A stretch of DNA of 64,000 nt from Candidatus Moanibacter sp. (GCA_965215885.1 CBDCEW010000078.1:17759-81758), one strand, 5' to 3'. Positions 47,122 through 56,797 are shown, numbered from the stretch's first letter. Made by a program: numbers and translations. The notes: a model not told the origin generated them from the letters alone.

Positions 47122-48237
47122 TCAAACGGATGCATTCGAATACGAAGGGTAGCCGACATGCCACTCCGTACAGGGAACCCAACCGAGATCGTCACGCAGT
47201 CCACACAGGTTCGCGAGCAGGGCCAACGCCTGGCAGTGAAGAGCCGCCCCATCCAACGTGGACTGGCGAATCCCGGGCACCAGCTTGTGTTGTCTCGAGC
47301 CTTCAGGAAAATAGCTCATTCCTCCATCGTCCTGCACCATGCACTCCAACTCAGGCAAGTAGCCGGCAGCGAGCCCGGCGATTTCATCCTTGCGATACTC
47401 CACGTGCCGCAGGCAGATATCGAGCACGGTGGCCACATCGAATACGCTGCACGCATCGAATCTTTTACAGACGGCCGGATCGTGAAGCAGCGTTTCTATG
47501 CAGAGATCGATGATCGGCTCGCAATATTGAACCGGAACACCGTGAAAGGGAATCCCCATCCAGACTTTGAAGATGCCGTTGACGAGTATGTGAGGAGCTA
47601 TCTCCGAGCCGTCAGACCATGTGCCGGTTTCGGGATCCTGGCGTTCCATCAGCCACTGTCGGCCGACTTCGATCAGGGCGGCGGCGTCTTCATCGCCCAG
47701 CAATTTGTTGAAGAACTGAAAAGATAACGCGGCCGAGGCCCACGAACCGGCACCCCAGGGGTTTTGCCAGTGCAGACCTTCCAGCCAGGCCACGAGATCA
47801 TCCGCGTTCCTAAAACCGTCTTTGTGTGTCTGCGGATAACGAGGCAGACGACCTAGCCGATAGGCGATGTAAAGGATGTTGCGGGTCTGCCCTCGGCGGT
47901 GATCGAGTCGCATCTTTTCTGACGGTGGCTCCTCGTCTTTACCACCGAGCATAAATTTCTCTTGAGCCTCGTCCACGATGTGTCCGTCTTCCTGCTGATG
48001 GCTCAACAGGTAATCCGCCCAGGCATGCGCCTGATCGGTATCACGAAGATACGGATGTTCGGCCTGGATGATATTTAACACGCAATGGGCCATGGCAGAA
48101 GAAAGCGTGTCGTAAGGGAGATAGGCTTCCAGTGCCAATCGGTATCGGCCGACGCCGTCCGAGTGCTCAAGTTTTTCCATCCAAACAGGGATGGACTCCT
48201 TCAGCCGATACAAATAGTCCGGGATTTCAAATCTCAT
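47122..48237 (-). CDS. Hypothetical protein with prenyltransferase/terpene-cyclase-like alpha-barrel repeats
   Basis: QQEDG, WQNPWGAGS, QDPETGTW, NGIFKV, QDDGGMSY. Confidence 0.6.
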   Translation of the reverse strand: MRFEIPDYLYRLKESIPVWMEKLEHSDGVGRYRLALEAYLPYDTLSSAMAHCVLNIIQAEHPYLRDTDQAHAWADYLLSHQQEDGHIVDEAQEKFMLGGKDEEPPSEKMRLDHRRGQTRNILYIAYRLGRLPRYPQTHKDGFRNADDLVAWLEGLHWQNPWGAGSWASAALSFQFFNKLLGDEDAAALIEVGRQWLMERQDPETGTWSDGSEIAPHILVNGIFKVWMGIPFHGVPVQYCEPIIDLCIETLLHDPAVCKRFDACSVFDVATVLDICLRHVEYRKDEIAGLAAGYLPELECMVQDDGGMSYFPEGSRQHKLVPGIRQSTLDGAALHCQALALLANLCGLRDDLGWVPCTEWHVGYPSYSNASV

Positions 48238-48311
48238 CGGAGTGTTCAGGTTGTTGCTTTTGATATCAGCAGCCCCAGCTCTCTGTCAAATTAGGAATAT
48301 CCCCGCCGTCC

Positions 48312-49460
48312 CATCGTGACCCTTAATCCATTCGGCAGGCTCATGGCAGGCCGTGATCTCACGTTGATCTTCTCCTCTTTCGAATTTAGATCACGATTAT
48401 GATCACGAAAAAAGATTGAATCAACCCCCCCTCCCCATCTCCGTGTCTCCCCTTCACCGTGTCTCCGTGTCTTTCCAAATCCCTCTCCCATCGTGACTCC
48501 CAATCGTGATCTCCTGTCGATCTTCTCTTCTCTCGATTTTAGATCACGATTATGATGCACGACGGGAAGATCGAACATACTCTCCTCTTGCATCGTGACT
48601 CTCAATCGTGCTCTCCCGTCGATCTTCTCCTCTTTCGATTTTAGATTACGATTAGGATCACGACAGGAAGATTGAACAGGTTTCCAGCTCCCATCGTGGC
48701 TCTCAATCCATTCGGCAGGCTCATGGCAGGCCGTGATCTCCTGTCGATCTTCATGGCACGACAAAGTTGACGACGAAGTTTGGGCAAGAAACCTGCCCTA
48801 CAGTAGAGTCCGACAACACTCATCGACAAGGTTTGAATAGAGGTAATTCGAGCTCCTCCGTTAAGTTTCCTCTTCCCAAAAGGCCGAACCACCCGAAAGG
48901 GAAACCTCGTCCCGAACCTTGTCCCGAACCTTGTCGAATCGCCTTTGATCTTAGGTCGCGAGGTAGCCGCACGCGCAAGAGTTCGGTTTTGCGGTCAACC
49001 CCCAGAATCCAGAGTGATTTCCAGTTCAGGCCTTTCGAGCCTCGTTCCCGCCTTTTCGCGAAGCCAACTCGATAGTTCAATTCCTGGCCAACCGGGCTAA
49101 GACGAGCGTACACTCTGTTTCTACGAATTGGCAGCACAACATCGACAAGGTTCGGGACAAGGTTCGCGATGAGGTTTGAACAGAGGTGAATCGAGCTCCT
49201 CCACTGAGTTTCATTTTTCCTTTAATCCGGACCACCCGAATGGGAAACCTCGTCCCGAACCTCGTCGCGAACCTTGTCGAATCCATTTCAACTTTAGATC
49301 ACCAATATGATCACGACAGAAGATCAAAACGCTCCCCCTCTCCCCTTCTCCGTGTCTCCCAGTCTTTCCAAAATCCTCTCCCTTCGAGACACTCAATCGT
49401 GATCTCCAGTCGATCCTCCTCTTTCGACTTTGGATCACCATTAAGAGAACGATATATGAT
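48312..49460. repeat. Dense cluster of palindromic repeat units (ATCGTG/GATCACGA family and CGACAAGGTTCG family)
   Basis: About 87-bp units at 48312, 48489, 48591, 48692 and 49383, plus a duplicated unit 48822-48940 resembling 49140-49283. Confidence 0.88.
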
Positions 49461-49475
49461 CTGCCAAACATGAGG

Positions 49476-49559
49476 GATCGCGGGGTAAACCCGCTCCTAC
49501 ATCCCTGGCGGGTGTTCGATTGGACATTGCAACTGTAGGAGCGGGTTTACCCCGCGATC
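49476..49559. repeat. REPIN 6 (spacer reversed)
   Basis: Perfect 26-bp inverted arms with spacer TCCCTGGCGGGTGTTCGAT... Confidence 0.92.
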
Positions 49560-49588
49560 GAACCCTGCCGCAAGTCACCCGTATACCA

Positions 49589-50986
49589 TCAAAGCCGCGA
49601 GGAGGGTTCGTAGGCGGGATTGGACGCCGGCACAAGAGCCTTCGTGTCCTCGAGGTAGGCATCAATAAGAGCGTTCAACTCCCGGACCTTTTCCGGATTT
49701 TCGAATGCGCGATTGGTAGTCTCGCCGAGATCTTCCGCAAGGTTGAACAGCTCGTAGCGATTCGGAAAATGAATGTTGGAATCATATCGACGAATCAGTT
49801 TCCAAGGTCCTTTCCGCACATAGGTCCCCGCCACGTGGTTCGAATTTTGCATATTCGGTCCCGAAAATGCTCCTCCCTGCGGGAAATGGCAGTAGATGGT
49901 GTCGCGATTAAGTTTCCCCCTCTGTTCGAGCAACGGAACGATGCTTTCCGCATCGAGGGCCTGCTCACCGCGAGGCTCGATCCCGGCAGCTTCAAGAACC
50001 GTCGAATACAAATCGGTGCTGGTTACGGTCTCTTCGCACCGCGACCCCGCTTCCACTCTTCCCGGCCATCGCACGATGAGCGGTACGCGGGTTCCGCCCT
50101 CGTAGAGGTGGCCCTTCAGCCCTCGCAAGGGATAGGCGGTACTCACGGGAATCCCATCCTCCACGCCCTTGGAAGGACCGTTGTCGGAATTGAAGATGAC
50201 GATGGTGTCGTCCGCAATCCCCTCCTCATCGAGAGCATCCAGGAGCCGGCCAAAGTTCGTATCCGCGGCTTCGATCATGCCTCCCATCACGGCACTGTTC
50301 TGCAACCCCCGCGGGTCCTCCTTTTTCCTGTACTTTTCAATCAGTTCCGGCTTGGCTTGATACGGGCTGTGAACCGCGTAGGTCCACAAGCACAGGAAGA
50401 ACGGATGTTCCTTGTGCGAGCGGATGTATTCGATGGCTTCCAATGCGAGACGATCGGTGAGATGCTCACCCTCGGGACCATCACGAAGACGCGGATTGTT
50501 GTAAGGTGAGAAATAACTGGGTGGACCGGGAAGCTCGCAACCCGCGATATTCACATCGAATCCGTGAGTATCCGGATAGTAGGGTTCATGCCCGAGATGC
50601 CATTTCCCGATAAAACAGGTCTGATACCCGCCATCCTTCATGGCTTGGGCAAGCGTATATTCCGAATGAGGAAGATAGGTTCGGGGTGTCGGAGTAAGCA
50701 TCTTCTGCCACTCCGGTCCCACCTTCGGAATGCCTGGCTCGGCCGGCGGCATGTGACACCACGGCGAGGTGATCCCCAACCGGTCGGGATTCTTTCCCGT
50801 CATAATACTGGCGCGCGTCGGGGAGCAGAGCGGATTCGCCGAATGGGCGTCGCGAAACATCATTCCCTGAGTGGCAAACCGGTCGATATTTGGGGTCTCG
50901 AAAAACGTGCTGCCGTAAACCCCGCTGTCCACCCAGCCCATATCATCGATAAGCACGAAAACAATATTTGGTCTATCTTTGGCCAT
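49589..50986 (-). CDS. Sulfatase (arylsulfatase/GALNS-like, Cys-type)
   Basis: PNIVFVLIDDMGW, CSPTRASIMTG, GKWHLG, SDNG, YEGGTRVP. AAGGAG RBS. Confidence 0.93.
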   Translation of the reverse strand: MAKDRPNIVFVLIDDMGWVDSGVYGSTFFETPNIDRFATQGMMFRDAHSANPLCSPTRASIMTGKNPDRLGITSPWCHMPPAEPGIPKVGPEWQKMLTPTPRTYLPHSEYTLAQAMKDGGYQTCFIGKWHLGHEPYYPDTHGFDVNIAGCELPGPPSYFSPYNNPRLRDGPEGEHLTDRLALEAIEYIRSHKEHPFFLCLWTYAVHSPYQAKPELIEKYRKKEDPRGLQNSAVMGGMIEAADTNFGRLLDALDEEGIADDTIVIFNSDNGPSKGVEDGIPVSTAYPLRGLKGHLYEGGTRVPLIVRWPGRVEAGSRCEETVTSTDLYSTVLEAAGIEPRGEQALDAESIVPLLEQRGKLNRDTIYCHFPQGGAFSGPNMQNSNHVAGTYVRKGPWKLIRRYDSNIHFPNRYELFNLAEDLGETTNRAFENPEKVRELNALIDAYLEDTKALVPASNPAYEPSSRL

Positions 50987-51088
50987 GCTGCTCCTTTCGG
51001 TTTCTACTCTCGATCCAACCTAACCCAAAAATCCCACAGATTTTCGGGTTAAGTTCCAGCCCGCCTATTTTGCGAAATAAGCGGGCCG

Positions 51089-51190
51089 GTTTTTCCATCC
51101 CAACAGGGATGGACTCCTTCAGCCGATACACGCACTCCAGAACTTCAAATCTCATCGGTGAGTTCAGATGGCTGCTTCTGATATCAGCAG
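51089..51190 (-). pseudogene. Diverged duplicate of the upstream region and first codons of gene 47122-48237
   Basis: Aligns with 48171-48272 (MRFEVLECVYRLKESIPVGMEK vs MRFEIPDYLYRLKESIPVWMEK). Confidence 0.85.
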
Positions 51191-51231
51191 ACACTACGAT
51201 CTGTCAAATAATGAAACTTGCATTTGCTTCT

Positions 51232-52050
51232 GGCTCTTCCTTTTTTCGACTTTAGATTACGATTATGACGACGAATTTCGATTAGGAATCGGCTCAGTAC
51301 ACGATCGAAGGTCGTAGTCATAATCGTAGTCGAAGGTCGTAATTCTTCACGCGACAAATCAATCTCGATTTCAAATCACGCCTGCAGAACCATCGGCCTC
51401 TCGCTCTCCCCTACACCGTGTCTCCGCGTTTTCCAAAATTCCTCCCCCGCCGTGCCTCTCAATCGTGCTCTCCCGTCGATCTTCCATTCCTTCGACTTTA
51501 GAACACGATTGGGATCACGAGCGCAGACGCGACCAGATCCCTCTCCCATCCGTGGTACTGCGCAGCCATCCGTCGGCACTTCTCTTCCTCTTTTAGTCCC
51601 CTTCGTTTCTCTTTGTTTCTCCCGGCGCGCCGGGATTCAAATCTCCGTGGTTCTCTGTATTACTATCCGTCAGAACTTAGTTTTTTGAGCAAGTTTCTGC
51701 GCAGAAAAGATTGGCACTCAAAGGATTACGATCGACACGTCGTCGCTGCGCTTTGCCGAGATGGACAAGGTTCGCGACGAGGTTTCCCAAGGGAAGTAGG
51801 AGTTTCCTTCTGCATTCGCGTCCATCTGCGTCCATCTGCGGTTCTCTTCTTCTTTTTTGGTTGCGGCTATGCTGCGCTAGGTTCTCAGTGGCCCCTCTTT
51901 CGTTCGTTGATCTTTCAATTTGTTTGCGGCTTCGCTGCGCAAGGTCATCCGTGGTTGTTTTTCTATTCCCACTCTACCACGTGTCTCCCAATCGTAATCT
52001 GCGGTCGCTCTTCTCTCTAGATTACGATTTTGATCACGACAGAAGATCTA
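51232..52050. repeat. Second mixed palindromic repeat cluster
   Basis: GATTACGATTATGACGACGA IR, copies of the ATCGTG unit at about 51450 and 51985, CCATCCGTGGTACTGCGCAGCCATCCGT (inverse of about 24355-24381), ATCTGCGTCCATCTGCGG. Confidence 0.75.
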
Positions 52051-52122
52051 GCAAACTGCCAAAATATCCACAAGATCCTACCAATTCTATTGAAACGAGC
52101 CGTTGCGTCTATTCCACCTGCC

Positions 52123-53748
52123 ATGTTTTCGTCGGAGCCGTCACCGGATATAGCCCCGGAACCGATCTCCATCGGCGATCGCCGGGAGTTGTTCATTGAC
52201 GACTACCTGATCGATTCCATGGATCGGGTCGAGTTCGTGATGCACGAACCGCAACGACAGAACGTTGCGATCAAATGCGATCGACCTTGGGAGGGAGCCG
52301 GCGTGAGCTACGTGGCGATCATCAAAGAGGACAACCTCCTTCGAATGTACTATGACAGTTGGCAAGGGGAGCGGCCTTTCGGGCAGATCTCTTATGCCGA
52401 AAGCAAAGACGGAATCACTTTCACACGGCCGAACCTGGGACTATATGAGGTGGAAGGCACGAGAGAGAACAACGTCGTGCTGCCGGAGATCTTGGGCCGT
52501 CCCGGAGCCCACGATCTTTCACCTTTTCTTGATACCAACCCCAACGCCACACCAGACGCAAAATACAAAGCCGTTGCCGCTCGACATTATTGCACTCTCG
52601 TCCCCATGAAATCGGCGGACGGAATCCACTGGTCGGCGATGGGCGGTAAGCCGTTGAAACTGCCGGGGTTCTTCGACACCCAGAACATCGCCTTCTGGTC
52701 GGAACTCGAACAGCAGTATGTTCTCTACTACCGCGTCGGCGGCGACGATGAGGGCAATATCTACTCCTGTGCGATGTACGAAGACATGCCCGACGCGGAG
52801 AGCCGTCGCGATGCGTGGCAGGAAGACAGGAATCTGAAGCGCGTCGCCGTCCTGACGAATTCCGGCCCCAAGGAGAACCGCACCTACCCGGTTCTGGATC
52901 CCGCAACCGGCGTCCCGGTCCATTACCGGCACGTGGCCCGGGCCGTGTCCGACGACTTCATCAATTGGAAGCGCGAAGGATTGACTGTGTTTCCCTGGGG
53001 CGGTGGCCCCAGCCAGGAAGGGCAGTATTACACAAATTGCATCCGGCCCTACTACCGCGCGCCCCACATTTATATCGGCTTTCCCGGTAGATTTACAGAC
53101 CGGGGCGTCACCCCGTCGACCTACCAGCTACCTCAGCCGGAATTGCGCAAGAAACGCCCCGAGCGACGCGCCACGGCGGTCACCGACTCGGTCTTGATCC
53201 ATTCCCGTGACGGCACCAATTTTTATCAACATGAAGGCGTTTTTCTGCGTCCCGGCCCGCGAACGAAATACAACTGGTGCTATCACGACAACTTTATCGC
53301 CTGGCATCCCGTCGAGACGCCCCCGACCGAAGACGATTCCTACCCGGAATTGTCAATTTACGCTTCGGAGGGCTATTGGTCGGGTCTGACCTGGTCGCGA
53401 GTGCGCCGCTATACCTTACGGATTGACGGCTTTGTCTCGGCCAAGACTAAGACCGAACAAGGTGAACTCGTAACCAAGCCCTTTACCTTTGAGGGCGAGC
53501 GGCTTTCCTTGAACGTGGCAACTTCCGGTTTTGGTTGGGTAAAAGTCGAGCTGCAAGACGCGGAAGGCAAACCCATGAAAGGCTACACGCTGGAGGATGC
53601 GGACATCATCTACGGCGATTCGCTGGATCGAACCGTTGGCTGGCAAGGCACGCAGGATGTCAGCGGATTGACCGGAAAACCGATCCGCATGCGCTTCGTG
53701 ATGCGCGAAACCGATCTCTATTCGTTCAAGTTTGAACGTGGGGCATAA
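52123..53748 (+). CDS. GH32-like five-bladed propeller protein with a C-terminal beta domain
   Basis: IGDRRELFIDDYLID, ESKDGITF.RPNLG, FDTQN, LRIDGFVS. The ORF track start 52030 lies in a repeat. Confidence 0.7.
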   Translation: MFSSEPSPDIAPEPISIGDRRELFIDDYLIDSMDRVEFVMHEPQRQNVAIKCDRPWEGAGVSYVAIIKEDNLLRMYYDSWQGERPFGQISYAESKDGITFTRPNLGLYEVEGTRENNVVLPEILGRPGAHDLSPFLDTNPNATPDAKYKAVAARHYCTLVPMKSADGIHWSAMGGKPLKLPGFFDTQNIAFWSELEQQYVLYYRVGGDDEGNIYSCAMYEDMPDAESRRDAWQEDRNLKRVAVLTNSGPKENRTYPVLDPATGVPVHYRHVARAVSDDFINWKREGLTVFPWGGGPSQEGQYYTNCIRPYYRAPHIYIGFPGRFTDRGVTPSTYQLPQPELRKKRPERRATAVTDSVLIHSRDGTNFYQHEGVFLRPGPRTKYNWCYHDNFIAWHPVETPPTEDDSYPELSIYASEGYWSGLTWSRVRRYTLRIDGFVSAKTKTEQGELVTKPFTFEGERLSLNVATSGFGWVKVELQDAEGKPMKGYTLEDADIIYGDSLDRTVGWQGTQDVSGLTGKPIRMRFVMRETDLYSFKFERGA

Positions 53749-53958
53749 CCCGCGAGCGATAGACGGCCCAGAAGGGCTGGCCTATTTCTAGGCCGATCGG
53801 GATAGGAGCAAGCTTATTGGAACTCCGAATAGCGCGAATTGGCGCATCGGCAGGAACAATTCGGGACTGGTCTTCCGGATTGTTCACCACGTGGTTGCTA
53901 CTGGTCAGAATGGGACGTTCTGCACCACAGGCTGTTGAGTTTTAGACGACATGATTCC

Positions 53959-54792
53959 TCAGCCCCGGGCCGGCTCGGACATTTCTACTCTCTTCTTCCG
54001 GGACAGTTCGGCGAGATGTCCGTCATTCGCCATGGACTGCTCCAGATGGACCATCCTTTCAGGACCCGCAGTGCGGATCATCGTTTCTCCATAGATTCGG
54101 TCAACCCAGAACCGGGCCCCACGAGCGATATAGTCCCTGAGTTCCTGGATTCGTTCCTCCGGATAACGCTGCTGCAAGTTGATGGTAAACATTCGGCGGC
54201 GTCCGCCTCCGCCAAAGGCAGAGTGCTTGGTGTTGTGATTAAAGCAGACGACGTCACCCGGTTGATTCTCCAAAGCCACCGCAGGGACCTCTGAACCTTG
54301 AACGCCCCAGTGCTCCTGACTATTGCCAATCATTTCCTGCAAGCTCTGTGCATAATCTTCACCCGCGCGATGGCTACCGGGGATCACTCGTAACGCGCCG
54401 CTATCTTTGGTCAGAGGGTCCAGGTAAAGCGCAATCTTGATTGACCTGTGATGGGAATACCATCCATCGGAATGCCACTGGGTGTCGCCGGCGTAAAAGT
54501 TTCCGTCACTACCCGCGTAATTGAAATCATCCCCAAGGATACTGGCCGCAATATCATGGATACGCGGGTCGTCCAAAAGTGCACATAATCTCTCGCTCTG
54601 GTCAATAAACGGGACAATGCATGAACGCCGTTGTTCGTCGTGCTCCTGGCCTTTGTGTCCGCCGCCCCTGCGTTCCCAGATCCCCTCGAATTCGTCAACA
54701 ATTTCATCGATACAATCTGAAAGCAGGCCTGGGAAGGCAAGAAATCCGAAGGCTTCGTAAAAGCTCATCTGCCGTTCAGTTAAAGAAGCCAT
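53959..54792 (-). CDS. Phytanoyl-CoA dioxygenase (PhyH) family 2OG-Fe(II) oxygenase
   Basis: WHSD, GALRVIPGSH, PGDVVCF...H..R. Confidence 0.92.
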   Translation of the reverse strand: MASLTERQMSFYEAFGFLAFPGLLSDCIDEIVDEFEGIWERRGGGHKGQEHDEQRRSCIVPFIDQSERLCALLDDPRIHDIAASILGDDFNYAGSDGNFYAGDTQWHSDGWYSHHRSIKIALYLDPLTKDSGALRVIPGSHRAGEDYAQSLQEMIGNSQEHWGVQGSEVPAVALENQPGDVVCFNHNTKHSAFGGGGRRRMFTINLQQRYPEERIQELRDYIARGARFWVDRIYGETMIRTAGPERMVHLEQSMANDGHLAELSRKKRVEMSEPARG

Positions 54793-54842
54793 GATTCATC
54801 ACCTTTGAAACGTGTCTGAAGATCGAATTATGGATCATACCA

Positions 54843-55022
54843 CCCGAACCTCGAAGGCGTAGACTGCGCTGCGAGCACACGCTCGCTGGGGGCGGGCTGA
54901 AGAAGCGCTTCTATGGTGGGAAGGATGCCGGGATTGGAACCCTCTGAGGTCGGCGGGCAAGGGAAGGCTTTGAGACGCAGTGACATCCGCGGTCGTAGCA
55001 GAAGGTTTGTGAAATGTTCGGG
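54843..55022. mobile_element. MITE, second copy of the 25777-25950 family
   Basis: Right 84 bp align to 25867-25950 (71/84 by hand count). Ends CCCGAAC...GTTCGGG followed by CTAG. Confidence 0.65.
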
Positions 55023-55115
55023 CTAGGTCTTCGGATTTAATCGGTTTCATGGCACTCTCGAACTCCTATTTTGGTATCTTTGAAGGACACGCCCAGAAGC
55101 CACCGAATCCCGCCT

Positions 55116-56498
55116 CTACCCTTTGAGATACATCGCCTCGTGCCCAGCCGGCCACGGGTAGTTGAAGTGCCTGGAGATCTCCTCGTTCCCTTCCTGGGAC
55201 AACAGATCCTCGAGCGCCTGATAGGCCTGGTCGTAGGATTTCGTCTGGCCGTTCTGCAACGCGCTCCACAATAACATGCTCATGTCACCCGATCTGTAGG
55301 CTTCCAGGCCGTGCTCCATTCGCAGGATGGTCGGCAAGAGTTGTTCGAGCATGATCTTCTTCGGAAGTTTGCCGACGTTGAGCGGTTGAATCCCCTTCCG
55401 GTTTATGATTGCCGGCACTTCGACCACGACATCGTCGTCGATTCCATCGATCGCGCCGTTGTTCGCTACATTCACCTGGAATTGACCCTCCACGTTGTTC
55501 GTCAGCGCATCGATGATCGGCACCTGCTGCTCGCGCGTCTTCGTCTTTCCGAACAACTTCGTCATGCTGGCAGACGGATCCTCGCTCGCTCTACGAATCT
55601 GCTTGAGTCGCTCCTCCAGTTTCTTGACGTAGAGAGGCCTTGCAAGATGTGTGTCCGGTCCGCCCCAAGGCTCACCGAACCACCACTTCTTCGTGTCGAT
55701 ATCGGTGTGATACCACCAGCCACATAAACGAGGCGAATCGCCGATAGGAAACAACCCGTAGATGCGGTATTGATGGACTGCGCCGCGCGACATCTGTATG
55801 TCGTGGGTGCCCTCCGCAATGTGAGATTCCCAGTACTTCTCCCCTTCCTCCTCGATCCACTTGTCGATCAGGGGATAGGCGTCCTCCCCGTCATACATGA
55901 AATGCGTCATCCAGATACAATGGTTGACCCCGGGCGCCTGAAAATCGATACGCTCGATGTCCAGACCGAGCACCTTCGCGATCGTGTAGTATCCGTAATG
56001 GCCGTGACATAGACCGCACACCTTGATGCCCGTTTCGCGTGTCATCAACGTACACCCGTCGAACACCGGGTTGCCCGACTGGATCAACCACGCGTCCGGG
56101 CAGATGCGTTCCATATCCCGGGCAACAGCAAGCATCAAGTTGAAGTTGTAGAAGCTGCCCAGACCGGGCCCGCTATAGTAATAGCCGTGCTTCGCGTAGA
56201 CCTCCCGCATGTCGGCCTGATGGTAGTGACTCTCTACCGCTGCGGTGTTGATCACAAAGTTCGCGTCCTCCAGCGCGTCATCTCGCGACGTCGTCTGCTC
56301 GAATGTTAAATGCGACCCGATCTCTGCCGTATACCGCTCCGCCATCTGAGTCACCGAGGCGAGCCGCTCGGCGTCGATGTCCATGAACGTCACGTGGCTG
56401 CCGGCCAGATTCTCGGTCAGACACAGATCCTTGACCAGACCGAGCGAGAATGTGGCACTTCCGGCGCCGATCACGCCAATTTTCACGGGCTTGGACAT
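55116..56498 (-). CDS. Family 4 glycoside hydrolase (alpha-glucosidase/alpha-galactosidase)
   Basis: IGAGSATF, QSGNP, GLCHG, GVNHCIW, VVEVPA. Confidence 0.92.
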   Translation of the reverse strand: MSKPVKIGVIGAGSATFSLGLVKDLCLTENLAGSHVTFMDIDAERLASVTQMAERYTAEIGSHLTFEQTTSRDDALEDANFVINTAAVESHYHQADMREVYAKHGYYYSGPGLGSFYNFNLMLAVARDMERICPDAWLIQSGNPVFDGCTLMTRETGIKVCGLCHGHYGYYTIAKVLGLDIERIDFQAPGVNHCIWMTHFMYDGEDAYPLIDKWIEEEGEKYWESHIAEGTHDIQMSRGAVHQYRIYGLFPIGDSPRLCGWWYHTDIDTKKWWFGEPWGGPDTHLARPLYVKKLEERLKQIRRASEDPSASMTKLFGKTKTREQQVPIIDALTNNVEGQFQVNVANNGAIDGIDDDVVVEVPAIINRKGIQPLNVGKLPKKIMLEQLLPTILRMEHGLEAYRSGDMSMLLWSALQNGQTKSYDQAYQALEDLLSQEGNEEISRHFNYPWPAGHEAMYLKG

Positions 56499-56797
56499 AT
56501 CTTACCTTCCTTCACGGTGGCGCGCGGCTACAGCGTCTCGCCGGAGATTCGTGAGAAACGCGGCGTCCGCCCGCTAAGAATCGCTCATTACGACCCGATT
56601 GCGCCCAGTAAAGTGCAACTCCCGAATCCTTTCTCTAAGGGCGCTTTCGGACATCGACAATATCCAGTGTTCTGACAGGATAACCGAATCGCTTCAACTC
56701 AAATTCATCAACGATTCCTGGTGAAATCGACGCGAACGGACTTTCTGCCAGATCGTAATCACGGCTATAGCGCAGCGCGGGTAAGGAGGATACATAG

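Noticed and set aside
48312..48752. CRISPR-like or TIGR-like array
   Set aside because: Units are about 87 bp and degenerate, with irregular linkers. No cas or Nop-domain gene is present in the window.
48291..49473. ORFs 48291-48764, 48641-48892, 48820-49137, 49077-49286 and similar
   Set aside because: They are mostly translations of the DNA repeats, with repetitive peptides and no recognisable domain.
2253..50509. Long antisense or alternate-frame ORFs (e.g. 2253-3125, 20309-21100, 31124-32011, 34494-35252, 49520-50509)
   Set aside because: They are shadows of well-supported genes in GC-rich DNA and show no motifs.
48171..51190. DGR template/variable repeat pair
   Set aside because: Mismatches are not adenine-specific, the copy is at a gene 5' end, and there is no reverse transcriptase in the window.
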